This document shows positions 18,561 through 27,257 of a stretch of DNA of 64,000 nucleotides, one piece after another. The stretch lies in NCBI GenBank assembly GCA_965261595.1, contig CBDHDG010000002.1:289550-353549 (forward strand), read 5' to 3'. Both the position numbers and the translations under genes were made by a program. The notes below the pieces were generated by a model that was not told the origin of the DNA, ran no database searches, and worked only from the letters and a program-made list of their open reading frames with translations. The first letter of the stretch is position 1; each line of letters starts with the position of its first letter. The stretch comes from a bacterium. Lineage in GTDB: Bacteria; UBA8248; JACPRG01; G963555815.

Positions 18561-18849
18561 CTGCCCCCCGGAACCTGGTGCAGAAATGGGGCAAGTCCAG
18601 AATTGGGATTTCCAACTTTCAATTGGACCGATTTGAGGGGGGCGGGGCAACCAAATAATTGACAGCGGGACGTTCATTTTGTGGTATTCTGAGAGCATCT
18701 TGAGAGGTTTTTGGATTGACAACCGACCGGTGGCCTCCATCGGGCATTGGCGGGAGAAAGTCTAACCCAGTTCCGATGGGGACTGAGGGCCTGAGCAGTC
18801 GAAAATTAATTCTTTGCTCATCGGACAAGGTTTGAGGGGGACGAGAGAA

Positions 18850-20184
18850 TTGGCCAAGCAGGTGCGGAAAGCGATCATTCCCAAGGGATTGCCGATGCCG
18901 AAAATGCGTTATTCCCCGGGTATCCTGGCAGGACCTTGGATTTTTCCTTCCGGGCAGTTTGCATCGGACTTTTCGGCCAACGGCGTGGCCCGGGAAGCCA
19001 CGCGGGATCCCCGATGCCCCGATTTGCAGCCCAGCGAGCTTGGGTTGCAGACTCGTTACATCTTCAAGAATCTCAAAAAGGTCGTCGAGGCGGGCGGTTC
19101 CTCACTGGACCAAATTGTTCGCCTCGATCAGTTTTTTGTCCTTGAAGAGACCCCCGACGGCCACTTGGCTTCGATTGAAGATTATCTAAGTGTGCGCGAT
19201 GAAGTGTTCCCGGCTTCAAAAGGCCGGCCGACTTCAACCGGAATTCGCTGTAGCCATCTGTTGTGTAAGCCCGGCATCCTCGAAATCGACTTTGTCGCGG
19301 TCACCAACGCCAGCGGCTGGAAAAAAGAGGTCATTAACTCCAGCCGCGCGGGTGCGCCCACCGGCGGTTATAGCCATGCCGTCAAAGTGGGCCCTTATGT
19401 TTTCTGCTCCGGCGACCTTGCGAGTGATTGGGACCATGGCGTGGATCCGTCCGCCGTGACGAACAAGAATTTGTGGTTCGGCAACGACATGGACAGGCAG
19501 GCGCGATTCATCCTAGACCGTTTGAGCGTTATCCTGGAGGACGCGGGGTCGGATCTGGACCTGACCGCCAAGGCCCAGGTGTACCTCACGGCGGAAGGGA
19601 TGAAGCAGATTTATAAGCTTGAAGATGTGTGGAAAGAATATTTTCCGAAAAACCCGCCGGCGCGCACCCTCATTCCCGCCGATGGGCTCGGCGTTAAGGA
19701 TTGCATGATCGAAATCAACCTTGTCGCCGTCACCAAAGATGGCGGCATCAAGCCCAAGGCGGTCCATGCGCGGGGTGTTCCCAAATGGCCGCTTCACGAA
19801 CCCCACGCAATGCAGGCGGGCAACCTGCTGTTTCTCTCTTCCGCGTTGGCAACCGACAACAAGGGGCATTTTCCCGAAGCGCTCAAGGTCAATCCCAATT
19901 GGCCATGGTATGAGAAGTACGAAAAGCCCATCATTCAACAGATGGATTACATCCTCGGCAACGCCGAGAAAATCGTCCAGGCGGCCGGCGGCCGGGGCTT
20001 TGACAACCTCGTGCGCCGACAGTGTTTCCACACCGACTACGATGAGTTTATTCTCACTTGGGGCGTGTGGATGTCCAAATATGACCACGATGCGCCGGCG
20101 AGCACGACCATCGAAGAGGCGAACACTCCGTTGCCGGTTCCGGGAGCGACGATGATGTTGGACCTTTGGGCTTACCTCCCGTAA
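18850..20184 (+). CDS. RidA/YjgF-family protein with three tandem Rid domains
   Basis: Three repeats of the Rid pattern: YSPGILAGPWIFPSGQ...RPTST...LEIDFVA; YSHAVKVGPYVFCSG...PPART...IEINLVA; EPHAMQAGNLLFLSS...APAST...MLDLWA. Confidence 0.85.
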   Translation: MAKQVRKAIIPKGLPMPKMRYSPGILAGPWIFPSGQFASDFSANGVAREATRDPRCPDLQPSELGLQTRYIFKNLKKVVEAGGSSLDQIVRLDQFFVLEETPDGHLASIEDYLSVRDEVFPASKGRPTSTGIRCSHLLCKPGILEIDFVAVTNASGWKKEVINSSRAGAPTGGYSHAVKVGPYVFCSGDLASDWDHGVDPSAVTNKNLWFGNDMDRQARFILDRLSVILEDAGSDLDLTAKAQVYLTAEGMKQIYKLEDVWKEYFPKNPPARTLIPADGLGVKDCMIEINLVAVTKDGGIKPKAVHARGVPKWPLHEPHAMQAGNLLFLSSALATDNKGHFPEALKVNPNWPWYEKYEKPIIQQMDYILGNAEKIVQAAGGRGFDNLVRRQCFHTDYDEFILTWGVWMSKYDHDAPASTTIEEANTPLPVPGATMMLDLWAYLP

Positions 20185-20339
20185 GCCCGGCCGGCGAAGG
20201 GTCCCCGACTTTTGTGACCGGGAAGAAGAGCCCGGGGAAAATCTCAACAACCGTGAGATTCTTTATCTCACACCTTGGTGTCCGAATCGGAAGGAAATTG
20301 TTTTCGAGGAGGAACGGGCCAAAAAGGAGGGAAGAGGAA

Positions 20340-21377
20340 ATGATGAAAAAGTTGAGTTTTTTGGCGATCCTTTTGATGGGTCTTTTGTTCCTGTCCTCGT
20401 GGGCCGAGGCGGCCAAGACCATAAAGATCGCCTACATCCCTTGCGGACGGATCAATGACAAGTCCTGGAGTGAAGCGGGATACATCGGAGCCGTCCAAGG
20501 GAAGAAGGCCTTAGAGGCAAAGGGGTATAAAGTCGACCTGAAATATACCGAAAGTGTCCCGGTCGCGAAGGTGGCGGCCGCGGCACGGGACTATGCCTCC
20601 CGCGGCTACAACCCCGTCATCCTCCATTGCGGAACATTTGCCGAAGCCGGTCTTAGCGCGGCCAAGGATTTTCCCAATACCTGGATTATGACGGCGGCGA
20701 CTCCGTTGTTTTCAAAGAACGCTCCATCCTATGATCCGGCTCAGCACGAGGGTTCCTTTCTCGTGGGTTATCTTGCGGGTCTCATGACAAAAACCAATCG
20801 CGTTGGCGCGATCGGAGGCTTCAAGTTTCCGGCCCTGACCCGCCAGATAGAGGGATTCAAATTCGGAGCCCGTTACGCCAATCCGAAGGTGAAGGCGTTC
20901 AGCATCTACATCAACACCTGGGAGGATGCGGCCAAGGCCAAAGAGGCGGCCCTGGCGCAAATCGACAACGGGGCCGATGTCATTTTCGCGGCTACGGACC
21001 AGGCCGCCCGGGGGGCCTTCAGTGCCGCCAAATCGAGGAAGGTTTATGCCATCGCCAGCTACAGTGACCAGGCCTCCTTGGCACCCGACACAATCCTGAC
21101 AAGCGTCCTTTACGACACGCCGCTGTTGGTGAAACGGATGATCCTTAAAGTGGCGGACGGGACGATTGAGGGGAAATTTTATCAGTCCGGTATGGCAGAT
21201 GGGATTGGCACCTTCGCCCCTTACTATAAAATGGAAAAGGTGATTCCGGACTCCGTGAAGAAAAAAGTGGCTCAGCTAATCGAGGATATCAAGGCGGGCA
21301 GGATCAAGGTGCCAGAATATATAAAGGCAAACGAGTCAGATAAGCTCGATCCTCGAAAGGTCATCAAGAGGAAGTAA
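20340..21377 (+). CDS. BMP-family (purine/nucleoside) ABC transporter substrate-binding protein
   Basis: Signal peptide ending AEA; INDKSWSEAG, GYLAGLMTKTNRVGAIGG, GFKFGARYANP, TWED, GADVIF. Confidence 0.9.
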   Translation: MMKKLSFLAILLMGLLFLSSWAEAAKTIKIAYIPCGRINDKSWSEAGYIGAVQGKKALEAKGYKVDLKYTESVPVAKVAAAARDYASRGYNPVILHCGTFAEAGLSAAKDFPNTWIMTAATPLFSKNAPSYDPAQHEGSFLVGYLAGLMTKTNRVGAIGGFKFPALTRQIEGFKFGARYANPKVKAFSIYINTWEDAAKAKEAALAQIDNGADVIFAATDQAARGAFSAAKSRKVYAIASYSDQASLAPDTILTSVLYDTPLLVKRMILKVADGTIEGKFYQSGMADGIGTFAPYYKMEKVIPDSVKKKVAQLIEDIKAGRIKVPEYIKANESDKLDPRKVIKRK

Positions 21378-21405
21378 TCCCTGACTCTTAAACAAGCGGG
21401 TCAAG

Positions 21406-21442
21406 GGCCGGATCCGCCTCCGTTGAGGGGGCGGGTCCGGCC
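21406..21442 (+). other. GC-rich intergenic hairpin after the SBP gene (mRNA stabiliser or attenuator)
   Basis: GGCCGGATCCGCCTCC pairs with GGGGCGGGTCCGGCC; no clear U-tract. Confidence 0.5.
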
Positions 21443-21484
21443 GCTTCGCCTGGCGTCCTTTGGGCTCCTGCTTTGCCGAGATCA

Positions 21485-22105
21485 ATGACCCCATTGAAAA
21501 TCGTTCTGCAAGAGCGCTTGCTGAGGGCCCGGACCGGGGCGGCTTTTGAGGTTCGGAAGGGACAGGTCTTTCGCGTTATCGATGTCGAGGGACAACAAGT
21601 CGGGGATTTTGTCTGTTTCAAATTGGACGATCTCACCGAGCACTTTTCCCAGTCCCAGACCCGAAAGATCAACCGGTCCATCCAGATCTCCACCGGCCGG
21701 AAGCTCTGTTCCAACCTGTGCAATACGATGTTCACCATCGGAGAGGACCGGGTTGGGTTGCACGACATTTTGTATTCCCCCTGCGGGCCTCACGATTACC
21801 GTATTCTCTACGACGCGCCGGATCATCCGAGCTGCCGGGAAAACCTGAATCAGGCGCTCGCCCCGCACGGGGTTCGCCCCCACCAGCTTCCGCCCGTTTT
21901 CAACGTCTTCATGAGTTCTTCCATCGGTCCCGACGGGGAGTTGATCTGCAACGAGCCGACGTCCAAGCCGGGCGACTTTGTGGATCTCCACGCGGAAATG
22001 GACTGTCTGGTCGCCATTTCCGCCTGCCCCCAGGATTTGACCCCATGCAACGCGGGAAACCCGACTGACCTCAGACTGGAGATTTGGGAACCCGGCCCAC
22101 GCTAA
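21485..22105 (+). CDS. DUF1989 / urea-carboxylase-associated family protein
   Basis: GQVFRVIDVEGQQVGD, HDILYSPC, HPSCRENL, FNVFM, SKPGDFVDLHAEMDCLVAISACPQD. Confidence 0.9.
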   Translation: MTPLKIVLQERLLRARTGAAFEVRKGQVFRVIDVEGQQVGDFVCFKLDDLTEHFSQSQTRKINRSIQISTGRKLCSNLCNTMFTIGEDRVGLHDILYSPCGPHDYRILYDAPDHPSCRENLNQALAPHGVRPHQLPPVFNVFMSSSIGPDGELICNEPTSKPGDFVDLHAEMDCLVAISACPQDLTPCNAGNPTDLRLEIWEPGPR

Positions 22106-22156
22106 GGCGGGGGCCGTTCGATCTGTTCCGGACTGAAAGAATAGAGGAGTCCAACC

Positions 22157-22315
22157 GTGTCGAAATCCAAAAAGATCACAATCCAGGTCAACGGACAACA
22201 ATACCGATTGATCAGAGAGCTCCGGGAGAAAGGAGAACACGGAAAGACGGACGGTGAAATTGTGCGCAAGGCTTTTGCCGAATGGGGCAAGAAAAAAAGG
22301 TTGTCCCGTCCCTAG
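22157..22315 (+). CDS. Small (52 aa) ribbon-helix-helix-like protein, absent from the ORF track
   Basis: GAGGAG RBS then GTG; MSKSKKITIQVNGQQYRLIRELREKGEHGKTDGEIVRKAFAEWGKKKRLSRP* shows an alternating beta strand, a helix, then G-x-T-x-x-EIVR-x-A helix. Confidence 0.75.
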   Translation: MSKSKKITIQVNGQQYRLIRELREKGEHGKTDGEIVRKAFAEWGKKKRLSRP

Positions 22316-22407
22316 CCGGTTTGAGCCGGTGGTTCGCATAACCAAACCATATCAACCTTTTGGTTGGAGAACCTCATTTCTCCAGCCCTACGAATAGGGA
22401 TTCAGTC

Positions 22408-23352
22408 ATGGGTGAGCGCAAGCTTGTAGAAGAGTTTGTCATGGATCCGACGACGGGTCGGGCGGTTCCTATCAAGCGCGGACAGCTCCTGCGCATCGAA
22501 CAAATCGGCAAGGGTCAGTGCCTCGATTTCAACGCCTATAACCTCAACGACTATAAAGAGCAGTTCCACTGCGGGCGGACCCGGCACATGCACGGGCTCC
22601 ATCCCTCCAAGGGGGACCATCTGTGGTCGGCCCCGCCCCGGGACCGGATCATGTTCTCCATCACCGAGGACACCGTTGGCACCAATGACGTGAATTATCC
22701 CCGGTGCAGCGGGTTCCTGTATGAGTACCAGTTCGGCTACGACGGCTATCCCGCCCACAGCAACTGCCACGACATCTTCGCCGAGACCATCCGCAAATGG
22801 GGTTTGACGCCGGATGACGTTCACGATTCCTTCAATGGGTGGATGCACACGGGCGTTCGGACGAACGGAGAGCTGTTCATCGACCAGATGCTGGCCCGGG
22901 AAGGCGACCACATCGAGCTGTTGGCGCAGATCGACGCACTGGCCGTGCCCATTTGCTGCGGGGCGGACGTCTTCGCGACCAGCAATTACGAATTGAAAGG
23001 CCTCAAGGTCCAGGTCTTCGAGGGAAGCGACGAAGATCACCAACAGCTCATCGAGCAAAACTACGATCATCAGCGGACGGTGGATCTCTTCGCGATCCAG
23101 AAGATCAAGGCAAACCGTGAGTTGACGGCGGACGCCGACTATGTCGCCCAATGGCCTTGGCTGGAAGCGGTGAAAGAGCGGATTCCCGTCGAGGTTGAGC
23201 TGGACGCCCGGGAGGCCCGACTGCTGGAAGAATTGAAAAGCGATCCCGATTTCTACGATTTCACCGAGGAGGAGATCGTCCGGTTTTGCTTTTTCCGCTG
23301 GTGGGCGGAGCAATACATGCGGGGTCCGAAGCAGCTGAAGACCCTGGGTTAG
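22408..23352 (+). CDS. DUF1989-family protein with a C-terminal RHH-like extension
   Basis: GQLLRIEQ..GQCLDFN, NDVNYPRC, HSNCHD, DDVHDSFN, GDHIELLA, PICC; ~90-aa tail beyond the domain. Confidence 0.85.
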   Translation: MGERKLVEEFVMDPTTGRAVPIKRGQLLRIEQIGKGQCLDFNAYNLNDYKEQFHCGRTRHMHGLHPSKGDHLWSAPPRDRIMFSITEDTVGTNDVNYPRCSGFLYEYQFGYDGYPAHSNCHDIFAETIRKWGLTPDDVHDSFNGWMHTGVRTNGELFIDQMLAREGDHIELLAQIDALAVPICCGADVFATSNYELKGLKVQVFEGSDEDHQQLIEQNYDHQRTVDLFAIQKIKANRELTADADYVAQWPWLEAVKERIPVEVELDAREARLLEELKSDPDFYDFTEEEIVRFCFFRWWAEQYMRGPKQLKTLG

Positions 23353-23419
23353 CTCACCCGACGCCCCTCTGGTCTCTTGTCACTTTTAGGCCGATATCAT
23401 TGAGCCGTCCGAAGCATTC

Positions 23420-23448
23420 GTAGAGCGGGGAGAGCCCTCCCCGCTCTA
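23420..23448. repeat. Perfect 12-bp hairpin (REP-like, starts GTAG)
   Basis: TAGAGCGGGGAG-AGCC-CTCCCCGCTCTA. Confidence 0.55.
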
Positions 23449-23607
23449 TGTCCGATCAGGGCCGGGCTCGAACGAAACGCCGTGATCGCGGAGGACTCAG
23501 GAATGGACGCGGGCGGCTTTCTCGGATCGGGTTCGGTTTGATGGATGCCGCCGGGCTCATCGCTCGTACGATAGAATGGCGGTCCGTTCCAGTCTGAAAG
23601 GGTATGG

Positions 23608-25137
23608 ATGAAGCCGCTTTTGCAAATGCGCGACATGACCAAGCGCTATCCCGGCGTTGTTGCCAACGACCGCGTTTCGCTCGATTTGAGAGGCGGAGAA
23701 ATCCTGGCTCTGCTTGGAGAAAACGGCGCGGGGAAAAGCACCCTGATGAAGCTGCTTTACGGTCTGGAGCCCCCCGATGGGGGACAGATCAAACTTCGGG
23801 GGCAAGACCTCGTTCTGGAATCTCCGAAAGACGCCATCCGAGCCGGGATTGGGATGGTTCACCAGCATTTCATGCTGGTCCCCACGCTGACCGTTGTTGA
23901 AAACATCGCGCTCGGCCTTCCGTCCGATCGGGAGCCCTTCACCAACCTCAAGGCGGCCGAAAAACGAATCCTCGAAATCTCCGCCCAGTACCGCCTCGAG
24001 GTTGATCCCAGGGCAAAGGTCTGGCAGCTTTCCGTCGGAGAGCAGCAGCGGGTTGAAATCATCAAGGCGATTTACAGGGGAACGGACATCCTGATTCTCG
24101 ATGAGCCCACAGCGGTCTTGACGCCGCAGGAAGTTCGGGAATTGTTCTCGACGCTGCGGGCCCTGACCGGGGAGGGCCATTCCGTCATCTTCATCTCCCA
24201 TAAGCTGGACGAGGTCATGGAGATCAGCCGGCGCATTGTGGTCATGCGTCTCGGAAAGGTTGTGGGCGCGGTGGAGACGGCCGAAACGAACGCCGAGGAT
24301 CTCGTCCGGATGATGGTGGGCCGCGATGTCATGTTCAGGCTGAACAAAAAGGAGACGCGCCAAGGGGAGGTGATCCTCGGCGTCGATAACCTGGAAGTTG
24401 TGGATGACCGAAAACTTCCCGCGGTTCGCAAGGTGAGCTTCCAGGTCCATGCCGGAGAAATCTTCGGCGTCGCGGGGGTGGATGGAAACGGGCAGCGGGA
24501 GCTTGTGGAGGCCGTCGTCGGCTTGAGGCGAATCGAGGGTGGAACGACTTCGATGAACGGCCGGGACGTGACGGGCGCATCACCGAAGGACCTCCTGGAC
24601 ATGGGGTTGGGTCACATCCCCGCGGACCGCCAGAAAAGCGGGCTGATCCTGAGGTTCACCCTCGAGGAAAACGCCATCTTGATCAACCATCAATTTCCGC
24701 CCTTTTCCCGCAACGGCATCCTTCAGCGGAAGAGAATCAGGGAATTCACAGAGGACGTTATCAAGGCCTTCGACGTGCGAACCGGCACACGGGATCTCCG
24801 GGCCGGCGCCCTGTCGGGCGGGAACCAACAGAAGCTGGTCTTGGGCCGCGAGATCTCGAGAAACCCCAAGCTGCTCGTTGCGGCGCAACCCACGCGGGGG
24901 CTGGATGTCGGGGCCATCGAGTTCGTTCACGGCCAACTGTTGAGACAGCGGGACGAGGGGGTCGCCATCCTTCTGATCTCAACGGAGCTGGAGGAGCTCT
25001 TCGCCTTGAGTGACACCCTGGCCGTCATCTACAAGGGCGAGTTCATGGGCGTGGTCAGCCCTGACCGGGTTTCCGTCGAAGACGTGGGATTCATGATGGC
25101 GGGAAAACGGAACTTGCGCGGGCGTGTAGCGCAGTGA
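23608..25137 (+). CDS. Nucleoside/sugar (CUT2) ABC transporter ATP-binding protein with two ABC domains
   Basis: GENGAGKST, LSVGEQQ, LDEPT, LSGGNQQK, QPTRGLD. Confidence 0.95.
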   Translation: MKPLLQMRDMTKRYPGVVANDRVSLDLRGGEILALLGENGAGKSTLMKLLYGLEPPDGGQIKLRGQDLVLESPKDAIRAGIGMVHQHFMLVPTLTVVENIALGLPSDREPFTNLKAAEKRILEISAQYRLEVDPRAKVWQLSVGEQQRVEIIKAIYRGTDILILDEPTAVLTPQEVRELFSTLRALTGEGHSVIFISHKLDEVMEISRRIVVMRLGKVVGAVETAETNAEDLVRMMVGRDVMFRLNKKETRQGEVILGVDNLEVVDDRKLPAVRKVSFQVHAGEIFGVAGVDGNGQRELVEAVVGLRRIEGGTTSMNGRDVTGASPKDLLDMGLGHIPADRQKSGLILRFTLEENAILINHQFPPFSRNGILQRKRIREFTEDVIKAFDVRTGTRDLRAGALSGGNQQKLVLGREISRNPKLLVAAQPTRGLDVGAIEFVHGQLLRQRDEGVAILLISTELEELFALSDTLAVIYKGEFMGVVSPDRVSVEDVGFMMAGKRNLRGRVAQ

Positions 25138-26201
25138 ACCTCCAAGAGGCCGTATCCAAGCTCGTCCGGGGCCGTTTCGAAGATAAGCCGACTTCCCGGT
25201 TCCGGGATTTCCTGATCGGTCTGGGGGCGATTTCGGTCGCGTTCGTGACGAGCGGAATCCTGCTCGCTTTTTTCGGCGTCAATCCGCTCAAGGCCTACGC
25301 CCTCCTGTTTACCGGCGCATTCGGGACCCTGAACAATTTCGCCGAGACGTTGGTTCAAACCTCCCCCCTCCTGCTCACGGGGCTGGGGGTGGCCATCTGC
25401 TTTCAATGCGGCGTCTGGAATGTGGGGGTTGAAGGCCAGCTCTACATCGGGGCCATCGCGACGGTCGGTCTGGGGATCAATTTCCTGGGACTCCCGGGTT
25501 ACATGCTCATCCCGGTTTGTATCCTGGGAGCTTTCATCGCCGGCGGACTTTGGGGATTGCTGCCCGGATGGCTGAAGGTCCGCTTCGGTGCCAATGAAGT
25601 CATTGTGACCATCATGATGAACTACATCGCCATCATTTTCGCCACCTACCTGATCAGCGGCCCGTGGGCGTCCGGTTTCACCCCCGTGACCAAATCCATC
25701 GAGCCGGCGGCCCGCCTCCCCGTCCTGATATCCGGAACCCGGTTGCACGGCGGATTCGTGATCGGCCTGGTCATGGCGGCCCTTCTGGCGCTTCTGATGT
25801 ACCGGACCGTTTTGGGTTACCAGATTCGGGCGATTGGGAATAACCCTGACGCGGCGCGGTATGCGGGCGTCCCCGTCGGCAGGCGGATGATGCTGACCCT
25901 GGCCATCGGGGGCGGCGTCGCCGGGCTCGCGGGACTGGGTGAAGTGGCGGGGATTCATGGAAACATGCCTGATGGGATCTCCCCGGGCTTCGGCTTCATC
26001 GGCATCGTCGTGGCCCTCCTCGGCGGGCTTCATCCCTTGTGGATCATTCTGTCCTCCCTGTTTTTTTCCGCTCTCCTGGTGGGGGCGGAATCCATGCAGC
26101 GGGTGGTTGGAATCCCCGTTTCCTTGGTCTGGGTCCTTCAGGGATTGATCGTAATATGCATTCTGGCGAGTCGTCTTTTGACCAAAGACACATCCTCTTG
26201 A
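25134..26201 (+). CDS. ABC transporter permease (nucleoside type)
   Basis: WNVGVEGQ, NEVIVTIMMNY, GNNPDAARYAG, GFIGIVVALLG; GTGA overlap with the ATPase gene. Confidence 0.93.
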   Translation: MNLQEAVSKLVRGRFEDKPTSRFRDFLIGLGAISVAFVTSGILLAFFGVNPLKAYALLFTGAFGTLNNFAETLVQTSPLLLTGLGVAICFQCGVWNVGVEGQLYIGAIATVGLGINFLGLPGYMLIPVCILGAFIAGGLWGLLPGWLKVRFGANEVIVTIMMNYIAIIFATYLISGPWASGFTPVTKSIEPAARLPVLISGTRLHGGFVIGLVMAALLALLMYRTVLGYQIRAIGNNPDAARYAGVPVGRRMMLTLAIGGGVAGLAGLGEVAGIHGNMPDGISPGFGFIGIVVALLGGLHPLWIILSSLFFSALLVGAESMQRVVGIPVSLVWVLQGLIVICILASRLLTKDTSS

Positions 26202-26228
26202 TGGGCGAGCGGTAAGAGGAGCCGAAGG

Positions 26229-27254
26229 TTGGACATCCTTTGGGATTATTTCTTTTGGGTCTCGATCGGCGCGGCCACCATCCGAATCGCCACGCCCATC
26301 CTTTTCGCCGCCCTGGGCGAAATCATCGCGGAAGACGCCGGTTTCCTGAACATCGGCATCGAAGGGATGATGACGATGGGCGCCTGGGGCGGATTCATGG
26401 GCGCCTATTTCTTCGGCGGGGTCTGGGCGGGCGTGTTGACAGGCGCGGCCATCGGCTTCCTGATCGGTCTCCTGTCCGGGTGGCTTTGCATCGGCCGCGG
26501 CGCCGACCAGATCATCACGGGCATCATCATCAATATCTTCTGCCTGGGCATCACCAGTTTGACGTACAAAAAAACCTTCGAAAAGATGACGGATCTCCCG
26601 GAGGTCGAATCGTTCATGCCTTTTCAGGTTCCTTTCTTGGGCGATCTCGATCTTATCGGACCGATCCTCTTCCGGCACATCCCCCTGGTCTATTTCGCGC
26701 TCATTCTGGTGCCGGTGTTCTGGGTCCTGATCTTCAAGGTGTCCTGGGGGCTGAAGCTTCGCGCCGTGGGCGAGCACCCCGAGGCCGCCGACACGGCCGG
26801 GATCAACGTGTGGCGCGTCCGGTACCTGGCCGTCGGCGTGGGGGGCGCGATGGCGGCCCTCGGCGGGGCGACGCTCTCCATCGGCCAGTTGAACATCTTT
26901 ATGGATAACATGACGTCCGGCCGGGGATTCATCGCCTTGGCCGTGGTCGTGTTCGGCGGGTGGAATCCCTGGAAAGTCTTGGGCGCGTGCCTGCTTTTCG
27001 GTTTTGCGGAAGGTCTTCAATTGCGGCTTCAGGCCCTGAATGTTCCGGTTCCACACGAATTCCTGTTGATGATCCCTTATGTTCTGACGATTGTGGTTTT
27101 GGTCGGCGGCGCCGGCAAGGCGGAATATCCCGCCGCGATCAACATCCCCTATCTGAAGAAACGGACGCGGGGAAAGACGCCGTCCCAAGCGGCGTCCGCG
27201 GAGAATGGACTCCTCGAAACGGCCGATTCCCATCATTCGCGGGTGGGGTCATAA
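26229..27254 (+). CDS. ABC transporter permease (nucleoside type)
   Basis: AALGEIIAE.AG.LNIGIEG, GEHPEAADTAG, GRGFIALA, MIPYVLT. Confidence 0.93.
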   Translation: MDILWDYFFWVSIGAATIRIATPILFAALGEIIAEDAGFLNIGIEGMMTMGAWGGFMGAYFFGGVWAGVLTGAAIGFLIGLLSGWLCIGRGADQIITGIIINIFCLGITSLTYKKTFEKMTDLPEVESFMPFQVPFLGDLDLIGPILFRHIPLVYFALILVPVFWVLIFKVSWGLKLRAVGEHPEAADTAGINVWRVRYLAVGVGGAMAALGGATLSIGQLNIFMDNMTSGRGFIALAVVVFGGWNPWKVLGACLLFGFAEGLQLRLQALNVPVPHEFLLMIPYVLTIVVLVGGAGKAEYPAAINIPYLKKRTRGKTPSQAASAENGLLETADSHHSRVGS

Positions 27255-27257
27255 ACT

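Noticed and set aside
21485..23352. Canonical guanidine carboxylase pathway with a guanidine-I riboswitch
   Set aside because: No urea/guanidine carboxylase or allophanate hydrolase in the window, and no ykkC-type motif that I could recognise.
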